From Octopus sinensis (lineage: Eukaryota), in the NCBI RefSeq assembly GCF_006345805.1, contig NC_043009.1:42098001-42162000 (forward strand): DNA of 64,000 nt, written 5' to 3'. Shown one piece after another: positions 53,569 to 64,000 of this stretch. The notes under the pieces were generated by a model. The model was given only the letters and a program-made list of their open reading frames with translations, had not been told where the DNA came from and did no database searches. The first letter of the stretch is position 1. Every line of letters starts with the position of its first letter. The translations under genes and the position numbers were made by a program.

Positions 53569-54872
53569 TCTATACAATATGTTACATTACTCGGTAGTCA
53601 AGATAAAACTCTGAGTTTCAGATGCCGAAGTTGAAATCCACAACACCATCTCTTCGGTTATCTGGCTATTTGAAAACGTTATGAAAAAATACCGTTAAAA
53701 ATGAAGGGAAATTACTCTGTTATAACTCTGCTTTGCCTGCGTACTTATAATCGCATCGCTCGCATTTTTCGTCATAAAAATTATATAAAATACATAAAAA
53801 ATATTAAAAATATATAAAAATATATAAAATCTTCTTGGGACATAACACAGAAAGCATGTCTATCCGTTTTCTTTAGGGACCAAAAACGTAACAGAAATAG
53901 TTTAGTCACATGTGGGCATGATCCGAAAAGCTCTGTCCTTGTATTTAGACATGTGGTAGGGTCTAAGCTGCTTTCCAGATAAGCCATCTCTCCATGTCGC
54001 ATAAACCGCACCTTCCGCTGCCGTTAGTATAGGGCTTACATCTGGCCAAAATCTTCCATTGTATGTTATAATCGACAACCTTTATCTCTTAAAGACCAAT
54101 ATGATTGGATAATTGTGTCGCTTTTCTTTGTTTCCAGTGCCTAAAGCTCAAAGTGTGGTTATTGAACCTGGCTTGAAATTACCCTCTGTCAGGGTAATTT
54201 CAAGGCCAGGTTCAATAACCACACTTTGAGCTTTAGGCACTGGAACAAAAGAAAAGCGACACAATTATCCAATCATATTTGTCTTTAAGAGATAAAGGTG
54301 TCGATTATAACATACAATGGAAATTTGGCCAGAATGTAAGCCCTATACTAACGGCAGCGGAAGGTGCGGTTTATGCGACATGGAGAGATGGCTTATCTGG
54401 AAAAGCAGCTTAGACCCTACCACATGTCTAAATACAAGGACAGAGCTTTTCGGATCATGCCCACATGTGACTAAATTTCTGTTACGTTTTTGGTCCCCTA
54501 AAGAAACGGATAGAACATGCTTTCTGTGTTATGTCCCAAGAAATTTTTTATATATTTTTATATATTTTTATATATTTTTATGTATTTTTATATAATTTTT
54601 ATGACGAAAAATGCGAGCGATGTATAAGTACGCAGGCAAGCAGAGTTTAACAGAGTAATTTCCCTTCATTTTTAACGGTATTTTTTCATAACGTTTTCAA
54701 ATAGCCAGATAACCGAAGAGATGGTGTTGTGGATTTCCACTTCGGCATCTGAAACTCAGAGTTTTATCTTGACTACCGAGTAATGTAACATATTGTATAG
54801 ATAAATTTCCTCTATTTACATAATATTGAGGTCTCTTCTTTCTTTGTTATCTTATTACTTACCGTTTTATCA
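53569..54872. mobile_element. Penelope-like element, 5'-truncated, near-perfect palindrome (arms 53569-54185 / 54191-54801, 5-nt spacer, ~70-bp 3' tail), in (TA)n
   Basis: Both arms encode a GIY-YIG C-terminal half: TEGNFKARFNNHTLSFRH...TQLSNHIWSLRDK...WKILARCKPYTNGSGRCGLCDMERWLI...CLNTRTELFGSCPHVTKFLL (stitched across 1-bp indels; tentatively Nematis-like). Hammerhead-like motif at 54708-54768 and mirror 53602-53662. Confidence 0.88.
54708..54768 (+). ncRNA. Type I hammerhead-like motif with extended stem II
   Basis: GATAA-CCGAAGA-GATG...CATC-t-GAAA-CTCaGAG-TT-TTATC; stem I gataa/ttatc. Confidence 0.55.
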
Positions 54873-54903
<31 letters not shown>

Positions 54904-55261
54904 AATGGGGAAGGCCTTTATGGGATCCCTTGGGTTTCCGTCCCTAAAGGAAGAGGTCTTAGGCTAACACGTTTTGAGGCGAAATACAGAATTGTGAAAC
55001 TTATAGCGTTTAAAAACCATCAAACTAAGGACGCAGCAAATGAGACAGGCGAGTTAAATCTTGCCAGCCCTGTGTTAACGAAAACCGTTTGTCGTAAGCT
55101 CCAGTAACCTGGTTACTATAGGAGTGGTGCAATTTCAAAACCTCTCCCCTCTCCAGCGGCATGAATAATCGGAAGAGAAATGGAGTCTAGATTATCAGAA
55201 ATTATCATGGTTCAATGGAACAATATCATCGTCTCTCATGAACCATCATTCAACAAGTTAC

Positions 55262-55762
55262 ACAAAGATCAATACAATGTGACATAGAAGCTACTGGGAG
55301 AGGCTGAAAGAGTTAAAACTCTACTCCCTGGAGCGAAGGCGGGAAAGATATGAAATAATATACATCTGGAAATCCTAGAAAAATTTGTTTCAAATTTGGC
55401 ATTGTCACTTACACAAACAGCAGAATGGGGTCGCTACTACACGGTACCAAATGTCCCAAAATTGCCATCAGGATACAGGACCAGTTACTGCAGCAGCTTG
55501 GACTTCAAAGGCCCACTGCTCTTCAATATAGACAAAGCCTGAGAGACTTGCATGGCATGGATGTAGGCTTTTGCAAAACAAAACTAGATCTCCTTCTGTC
55601 AAAAGTTCCGGATGAACCTACCTCTAGGCAAGAAACACAGATGAGGGCAGCCACGCCAAACACCCTCATCCACCAAATGTCACATATCAGAGAAGGTTGA
55701 GTGAAAGTGTAGCAAAGTAAACGGTGATGCCCCAGCATAGCCACAGTCCTTGAACTGAAACT
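55262..55762 (+). mobile_element. CR1/L2-like LINE 3' fragment
   Basis: YWERLKELKLYSLERRRERYEIIYIWK...KTKLDLLLSKVPDEP...NTLIHQ, then tail ggtgatgccccagcatagccacagtccttgaactgaaac. Confidence 0.8.
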
Positions 55763-55790
55763 TATATATACATATATATATATATATACA

Positions 55791-56010
55791 CACGATGGGA
55801 TGTTGAGAAGTTTCTGGATTTGGGTAAAAGAAAATACAAGAAGATCAGTTAATCATGATTTTATTCAACATATTCCCTCTCTGATTCACATGCTTATAGC
55901 AATGGTCCTTCGGTTTTTCTTCTAAGCACCGTAAAAGAAGTCGGAATGTTAAGCTCCAGTTAGGCCCTTCGTGACACCGTTAAAACCAGGAACTTTTCAA
56001 CAACCTCACG
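55791..56010. mobile_element. Mariner-type MITE (diverged TIRs)
   Basis: cgatgggatgttgagaagtttctgg / ccaggaacttttcaacaacctcacg in a TA context. Confidence 0.55.
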
Positions 56011-56042
<32 letters not shown>

Positions 56043-56509
56043 ATATAATGCATGTACTCATAAATAAATATATACGTACGTATATATATTTATATGTAAC
56101 GTTTTATGTAGCCTGATTAGGTTTCTTCTGCTCTGTGGAGTGCATGCAATTCCATTGTATCGTTCCTCACCCACTAGGGAACAGCGCAGATGTAAGATGA
56201 AACGATCATAGTGCTAAATAAAGCTTACAGTACACTGTCTTCTCTATCAATTATTTAAAATATAATAAACGTGCACTGAGAGAAATCCCTTACGCAGTGC
56301 AGTACCGCTGATGACACCTGCTAACCGTATGGGGTGAATGTACCCTATCTCAAGGCATGCTATTAGGGATATGCTCAAAACAAGGCTTGGATAATACATC
56401 TTAATTTCCTATCTTAACTTTCATTTTAGACATTATATACACACACACACACACACCACACACACACACACACACATACATACATATATATATTATTATT
56501 ATTATTATT

Positions 56510-57346
56510 CAGTAGTTTTATTTTTATAGCGTGCTTTCACTTCACTACCGAGCGCAGCTCTGTGTGCCTTGGGTATGTTCTGTGATTTGTTGTGATGCTC
56601 TGATGGTTATTGTATGGAAAGTGTTCTGCGTAGGATGTGTGCAGTGCCTAGTAGTGCAATTTTCTGTATGTTATATGTGTTTGTAAGTCCTGGTGTTTTT
56701 GTTATGTATTTGTCTGAATATTTTTTTATCAGCCTATGCACCTACTATGATAGGAATTGTTCTGTTTTCAGGTTCCACATTCTAGTTACCTCTATTTCCA
56801 GGTCTTTGTATTTTGAGAGTTTCTCCATTTCTTTTAGAGACACTTGTCATCTGCCGGTATTGATACATCAATTAGAAAGCATTTTTTTTCTTCATGATCT
56901 CTGACAACTATATCTGGCTGTTGGCCTTAATTTCTCTATCTGTGTGTATCGGCATATCCCAGAGTATGGTTGCTTTCTCGTTTTCTGTGACCTTTTCTGG
57001 TGTGTTCCTATACCATCTTTTTTCTGTTTTATTCCATAATGTTGGCATAGCTTCCAATGTATGTAGGTTCCAACTCTGTCATGTCTGTGAATATATTCCT
57101 TCTTAGCCAGGACTGGGCAGCTAGAGATAATATGATTTATTGTTTCTTGTCCATCTCCACATATTCTGCAGTTACTTGTAATATTTCTTTTCATTACATG
57201 TTTTTGGTAATTTCTGGTGGGGAGGCTTTGGTCTTGTGCTGCAATTAAAAATCCCTCTGTTTCTGCTTTGAGTCCTGAGCTTCTCAACCATTGCTGGGAT
57301 TTTTCTTTGTCTATTTCTTTTGCGTTCTTTGTCTATTTCTTTTGCG

Positions 57347-57347
<1 letters not shown>
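56510..57347 (-). mobile_element. R4/Dong-clade non-LTR retrotransposon, 5'-truncated, in (TAA)n
   Basis: LKAETEGFLIAAQDQ..CRICGDGQETINHIISSC (CCHC knuckle)..RHD..; ILWDMPIHTD..PDIVV..CFLIDVSIP..EKLSKYKDL..IPIIVGA..ALLGTAHILRRTL* (RLE domain; stop 56607-56609). (TAA)n lies on both sides. Confidence 0.9.
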
Positions 57348-57390
<43 letters not shown>

Positions 57391-57408
57391 CATTATTATT
57401 ATTATTAT

Positions 57409-58228
57409 GGCTGCTCCCTCGTTATCGAGTATGGCCATTGCACGAAGCTTAACTGTTACTGGTGCTGTGATCGAATGTGACTTTTTAGCCCAGCCAAAGA
57501 TCTACAATGTCTTGTACAGAATTGGCAACTAAAACCTTTACCGGTAATAGCCGGCTGTAGTTGTAACTGGGCTTCATGTACCTTTGCATGTCGTTTAAGT
57601 CCTCCTGCCGAATTAAACTCTCTTCCACATGCCTGACAGATATGATTAGTATGGTGTGTAACACCACTACCAGTGGCCAGGTTGTCACTCATCTGTCTCG
57701 CTTTATGACTACGAAGATAACTCTTGAGTCTAGCTTTACTGAGGCAGGGTCTTGCACAGACTGCATGTCAGCATCATAGGAAGACCCTTCCCATCTAGAA
57801 GTGTAACAGCGATGCCCTTCCTGACATCCATCCTTAATTTCTCATGTGCAATTCGAGATTTCTCAAAAGTGGCTGTCCCCTCGTGCACAATCCTTCTCCA
57901 CCTGCTACGATCAATAGCTATGCCTTCCAATGTGTCAGAAGAAATGCAAGCATCTCTTAAGGAAGCCTTCAACAAGTTCTTATACCTTAAACAACTGGAA
58001 CGTTTCCATCAGATTTGCCTCAGACGGATCTATGGCATTAAGTGGAAGGACCGCATCAGTGATCTTGAAATATTGGAAGGCTCTTGGTGTGAAAGTATAG
58101 AAGCTCTTGTGTTAAGGCAAAGACCCAGACGGAGTGGTCATCTGGTCAGGATGAAGGATTCAAGGATGCCAAAACAACTCTTTTATGGAGAGTTAGCTAA
58201 AGGAGAACGACATCCTCATAAACCAAAA
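57409..58228 (-). mobile_element. RTE-clade LINE 3' end with inverted 5' segment (3' part 57409-57990 on -, 5' part 57987-58228 on +), C-terminal C2H2 fingers, (TAA)n tail
   Basis: Plus strand: [25 protein letters not shown]...[31 protein letters not shown]. Minus strand continues [11 protein letters not shown]...DRSRWRRIV...CQACGREFNSAGGLKRH...CQFCTRHCRSLAGLKSHIRSQH. Confidence 0.88.
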
Positions 58229-58244
58229 AAAATATTATATATAT

Positions 58245-58299
<55 letters not shown>

Positions 58300-58425
58300 C
58301 GTGTGTATGTATGTATGTATATATGTATATCAAATATGTATAAATATACGTCTGTATATATATTTATACATATATATACATATAAAAATACATGTATATA
58401 TATATATGTATGTATATATATTATA

Positions 58426-58497
<72 letters not shown>

Positions 58498-58644
58498 TGT
58501 ATGTATACATATATATGGATATATATATATACCTATTTATATATATATCTAATATAGGATAACATTTTCGAAGAAATTCTATCAATGGCCAGCATATTAA
58601 AAAATACCTTTAAAGGTTAAATTCTTTTGCCCTTATTTATAAGT

Positions 58645-58684
<40 letters not shown>

Positions 58685-59079
58685 GTGTGTGGTGTGTGTG
58701 GTGTGTGTGTGTGTGTGTGTGTATGTAAGTATGTATGTGTATCTGTGATTCATGTGTGTATATTTGACCAAACCCCTATCGTAAACAATTTTCATTGCAA
58801 GCATACCTTCTATGCAGATAGATAAACATAAACACACCCTGTTACGGAACGGAAGTGCTGCTCAAGATGCACGAGTCATAGAAAATAAATCGAAAATGTG
58901 AGAGACATAGATTTTCAAGCCTTTTCATCGAAAGACAAGTAAGTTTAGTTGTTAATGATTTGGATAATTATAAATGAAATATAGATAACCGCATATGTAT
59001 AGGTCCGTCTACCCAAGCATATACATATACGCTGTGATAAATAAATAAATAAATAAATAAATACATATATATATATATG

Positions 59080-59123
<44 letters not shown>

Positions 59124-59252
59124 CAACCACGAAATATCGTTCAATTTAAATTAATCACAAAAAATAATCTCCTGAAGTCCTATTAAATATATCTGTGGAT
59201 GGGTGTATGTTTGCATGAACATGTATACGCGTGTATGTGTGTCTTACGTGAT

Positions 59253-59294
<42 letters not shown>

Positions 59295-59410
59295 TGTGTA
59301 TGTTGTATGTGTACTTGTGTATTTTCATTCATAATGTCTTAAAATTTCTATGCAGCAAAACGCATTTTCCCCTCTGTATTTATTATGATAATTTTATATG
59401 TCGAATTATC

Positions 59411-59450
<40 letters not shown>

Positions 59451-60251
59451 TGTGGTGTGTGCATATGCGTGTATGTGTATGTGTATCTAATACATCTATG
59501 TGTCTATGTATTTATATATGTTACACACAGAAGATACATGTGTGTGTTTACGTGGTCGTATGTATGCTGCATAAATGCATGTGTTTGTGTTTAAATACAT
59601 ACATATATGTGTTTCAGTGTGTGCTTGTATGTATACACATATATATACACAGTCGAACATGCCTTTCAGATAAGTGCAAGTATGTTCTGCCTAAGTAAAT
59701 AGATATAGTGATAGATAAAAGGCGAATTAGATGCTGATTTTCTTGTATGTCGAGGTTTTTGCCGCCTAAACAAACACATGATTGTGAATGAGTCCGTTGA
59801 TTTCAAGATATGTGTACATAGCTTCTGCAAGATAAGTATTTACATGTATATATGCAGATAATTCTTGTTTCTTACAATCATTCAGAATACTGATATTCAT
59901 TCATTGACAGTATTCCAAAGATTAAATGAGCCACTCCATACTCAGTAACCTGTGAAACCTGATTCCTAAACTCGATTTTATTAAGTAAATACCACACCCT
60001 TGAAGAGCTCCAAAGAGCTCTAATAAATATCGGTTCTTATTTATGGTTTCTTAGTATGTTAAATGAGTAACTGTTACATCTTTCTTCTTGATAGGGCGCC
60101 ATTTTATGAGTTGATGATACTCATTGTGCGAAGGTGCGTAGCTAAGTGGTTAAAGATATTGGTCTCGCGATCGTACAGTTGTTGTTTCGATTCTCACACC
60201 GACCGGGGAGTTGTGTTCTTGAGCAAAGATACTTCTTTTCATATTATTTTA

Positions 60252-60817
60252 TTGGGTTGTACGGAAAGTTCGTGCCGATTTATAGTAGCTTACATTTCGA
60301 CTTATTTTAGAAAATGGTTGAGTTCATAAAATAGGATTTGACTACACCTCCATTTAGAGCACAGTTTAAGCTATCTTTTCGTGGAAGAAGATTTATGTTC
60401 CTATAACCTGTGTTAATTCTGTAATCCTTTAAAATGGAAGATAAGAAAGTTCATTTTCGGCTCTTGATGCTTTGAGAACCAGACAAAAATTGCTGCAGCT
60501 CGGCTAGGATGTGTTACCCCACCCTCCATATTCACCAGATATTGCTCCTTCGGAATTCCACTTATTTAGGTCTCTGCAGAATAATCTTAATGGTAAAAAT
60601 TTCAATTCCTTGGATGACATAAAAAGATACTTTGATGAATTCTTTGCCATGAAACCACCTTAATTCTGGGAAGAGGGTATTTTCAAGTCAAAGGAAAGAT
60701 GGAGACACATTGTGCAACAAAATAGTTCATATTTTGTTGATTAAAAATGTAATGGCAAGTATTTATTGACCTTTTTCTTTCCTTTAAATAGCGGCATGAA
60801 CTTTCCGGACAACCCAA
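60252..60817 (+). mobile_element. Internally deleted mariner element with TIRs and TA TSD, inserted in a family C SINE
   Basis: TIRs ttgggttgtacggaaagttcgtgccg / cggcatgaactttccggacaacccaa. Translation VLPHPPYSPDIAPS/FHLFRSLQNNLNGKNF...FWEEGIFK..ERWRHIVQQN. Confidence 0.9.
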
Positions 60818-61154
60818 TAGTTTACTCAGCTAAAAATAAGTACCAGCAACATCTTCAACCAATAGGCCTGCCATACAAAGGTTGATAGCATTGTAATCTC
60901 AGTTACATATGCGAATTAAAACTGGGTATAAGGCCCAGCGTGATGAGTATATACGCTTGTGACAGCCTACTGATCCAAGAAAATCCATCGGCAATTCTTC
61001 ACATCACGTATCCACAACAGCTGGGCAGGCGGCCAAAGGCAAAAATTCATTGCAACGTAATAACCTCAAACACCGATAGAGACATTGAACTCAAGACCTG
61101 TGGAGCTGCAATCCAATATCTTGTCCACTTAGTTTTATATCGCATTTACAAGTA

Positions 61155-61539
61155 TTCTTTTATTCTTTTACTTGTTTCAGTCATTTGACTGCGGCCATAC
61201 TGGAGCACCGCCTGAAAGGGTGTTAGTCGAAAAATCAGCTTCAGAACTAATTTTTTTAAACCTGGTTCTTAATCTATCGGTCTCTCTTTGCCGAACAGCT
61301 AAGTTACGGGGACGTAAACACACAAACACCAGTTGCCAAACGATGGTTAGGGATAAACACAGACATTAAGACACACATACACAAAGATACAGACATACAC
61401 ACATTAATAATATGTATATTTATTATATATATATAGATATATATATATATATATATTATAGATATGTATATATATATGTATATATGTATATATATATATA
61501 TATATCATTATATATATTATATATATATATATTATATAG

Positions 61540-61573
<34 letters not shown>

Positions 61574-61608
61574 ATATATATATTATATATATATATATAT
61601 TATATATA

Positions 61609-61639
<31 letters not shown>

Positions 61640-62052
61640 TATAAGGCGGCGAGCTGGCAGAAACGTTAGCTTGCCGTGCGAAATGCTTAGCGGTATTTCG
61701 TCTGTCGTTACGTTCTGAGTTCAAATTCCGCCGAGGTTGACTTTGCCTTTCATCCTTTCGGGGTCGATAAATAAAGTACCAGTTTCACACTGGAGTCGAT
61801 GTAATCGACTTAATCCATTTGTCTGTCCTTTTTTGTCCCCTCTATGTTTAGCCCCTTGTGGGTAGTAAAGAAATATATATATATGTTTATACGACGGGCT
61901 TCTATCAGTTTCAGGTTACCAAATCCACTCACAAGTCTTTGTTCGGCCCGAGGCTATAGTTGAAGACACTTTTCCAAGGGGCCACGCAATGTTACCGAAC
62001 CCGGAACCATGTGGTTGAGAGGCTGGCTTCTTACCACATATCCACGCCTGCG
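61155..62052 (-). mobile_element. SINE family A split by (TA)n and a plus-strand family B1 SINE (61644-61873)
   Basis: Family A tail 61155-61370 and head 61890-62052, with a full B1 unit between them. Confidence 0.75.
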
Positions 62053-62214
62053 CTTATGTAATGAAGTTTAATTTTAATTTTATTTTTTACAAATATTCAG
62101 TTTTGGATATCGCATGATAACAAAATGATGCGTTCATATTTACAAGCGCTGTGTAATATGCATTATGTATGTATGCATGTATGTGTACATTTCATATATG
62201 CGTGTATGTATGTA

Positions 62215-62440
62215 TTTATTTCTTTATTGCCTACAGGGGGCTAAACATAGAGGGGACAAATAAGGACAGACAAAGGGATTAAGTCAACTACATCGACTCC
62301 AGTGCGTAGCTGGTACTTATTTAATTGACCCCGGAGATATGACAGGCAAAGTCGGTGGAATTTGAACTCAGAACGTAACGGCAGACGAAATACCGCTAAG
62401 CATTTGTCCGCGTGCTAACGATCCGGCCAGCTCTCCGCCC
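62215..62440 (-). mobile_element. SINE family B1
   Basis: B1 motifs on the minus strand. Confidence 0.75.
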
Positions 62441-63057
62441 TGTATGTATTATGTACGCATTATGTATGTATATGTGTGTGTATGTATGTATTATGTACGT
62501 TGTGTGTATGTATGTATGTATGTATGTATGTAGGTATGTATGTATGTATGCATGTCTGCATATGTGTATGGAGGCGTCTATGCATGTATGTATATTATGT
62601 CAGGCCACTTTTAGTTCCATTGGGCACATATAAACCAGAACGTCCTGTCACATGTTTGAACTGTCGGCGACTAAACCGGTAACCAGAACAACCCTGCTTG
62701 GTAAAGAGGGTTGATTTCGTTGGACACCTGACAAGGCAAAAAATAAATCCTGTCAAAGGGTAGAAGAACTCATTAGAGCCAACGACCATCCAACAGCTGG
62801 GAGTGAGAGACTCCTAGTCTTTGTTTAGATAGCTCTGTAGAAGAAGGAAATACCAAAATAACACTCGCTCCATTGCGAATCCGCACTACTTGGGCTTATG
62901 CGTGAGAATTTTTTTGGTGTTGTGCAAGCTGTTATTGACCTTATGTTTCAGCACAGGCTTTGCTGCAAGACGTTATCGTTAACAAAAGTACGGGATAATT
63001 TGTCGGTGATGGTTACACTCTCATAGATATTGACATCCACCATGTATCTATATAACG

Positions 63058-63368
63058 TGAAGACGCGTGACTTAGTGGTTAGGGCATTCGGCTCGCGATC
63101 GGAAGGTCGTGAGTTCGATTCCAGGTGACGCGTGGTGCAAGACATTTTATTTCACTTTGCTCAAGTCCACTTAGCTGGCAAAAATGAGTTGTACCTGTAA
63201 TTGAAAGGGCCAGGCTTGTCACATTCTGAAATATACTGAATCTTTCTCAAAATCACATTAAGATTACGTGTATCTGTGGAGTACTCAGCCACTTGCACAT
63301 TAATTTCACTTGCAGCCTGTTCTATTGACTGGATCAACTGGGACCCTCGTCGTAACCGACGGAGTGCC
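63058..63368 (+). mobile_element. SINE family C
   Basis: gtgaagacgcgtgacttagtggttagggcattcggctcgcgatc...gagttcgattcc...gtaaccgacggagtgcc aligns to 2815-3200. Confidence 0.8.
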
Positions 63369-63769
63369 AATAAATATATATAACACCAGGCGATGGACTG
63401 ACAGAATCGTTAGAGAGTCGGATAAAGTGCCTTACACCATTGCTTTCAGTTCTTTATGCTCTGAATTCTGAGTTCGTATCTTGCCGATCTCAACACTGTC
63501 GTTCTTCTCTCTGGGGTCGATAAAATAAAATACCAGTGAAATCGATGTGATCTCCTCAAAAGTCGATGATTCTCCTGAAATCCTCTGATTTGGGTATACA
63601 TTAGAAATACACACACGCACACACATAGACACACGCAGATATCTAATTGCTAGAAATTACAAAGTGACTCGAGGACCAATAGTTTCGTGTATTGACACTT
63701 ACCAAGCTGGTTGCCAAACCTTCATGTGTGAGTATACTGTGTCTGTATACCTACCCCAACCTTACACAC

Positions 63770-64000
63770 AGTCATTAGACTGCGGCCATGCTGGGTCACT
63801 GTTTCGAAGAATTTTTAGTCGAATGAAATGATTCCAATACTAAATTTCTTAAAGCCTGCTACTTATTCTATCGGTTTCTTTAGGCAAAACACTAAATTTC
63901 GGGGACGTAAACACACCTACACCTGTTGTCAAGCGATGGTGTGGGGCAAACACAGAAACACACACATATATATGACAGGTTTCTTGCAGTTTCTATCTAC
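63770..64000 (-). mobile_element. SINE family A 3' portion (runs off the window)
   Basis: gactgcggccatgctgg...ggggacgtaaacacacc motifs. Confidence 0.65.

Noticed and set aside
57456-57692. C2H2 zinc-finger ORF as a host ZNF gene
   Set aside because: It is contiguous with the RTE ORF2 C-terminus and followed by the element's (TAA)n tail, so it is TE-derived.
57752-58552. 266-aa ORF as an intact gene
   Set aside because: It is a chimera of antisense RTE, the inverted sense RTE segment and (TA)n.

Overview
AT-rich, microsatellite-dense animal genomic DNA. The SINE repertoire and repeat style point to an octopod cephalopod (Octopus sp.); this is an inference. I found no credible host protein-coding gene: nearly all ORFs in the track are translations of (TA)n/(CA)n/(CATA)n/(TAG)n microsatellites or of SINEs. 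The window is a transposable-element patchwork. It holds three tRNA-derived SINE families; 3' fragments of CR1/L2-like, RTE, R4/Dong and HERO non-LTR retrotransposons; Tc1/mariner, hAT and piggyBac MITEs; Helitron and Helentron non-autonomous elements; and one 100-N gap. The most notable structure is a set of fold-back (inverted pseudo-LTR) Penelope-like elements sitting in (TA)n tracts. Two of them retain GIY-YIG endonuclease coding remnants, and about a dozen minimal hammerhead-ribozyme-like motifs are spread across these and related short elements. Other notable structures are an R4/Dong element nested in the (TAA)n tail of a twin-primed, 5'-inverted RTE copy, a SINE/LINE pair sharing a 3' tail, and a SINE family that repeatedly forms local tandem arrays with recurrent junctions.
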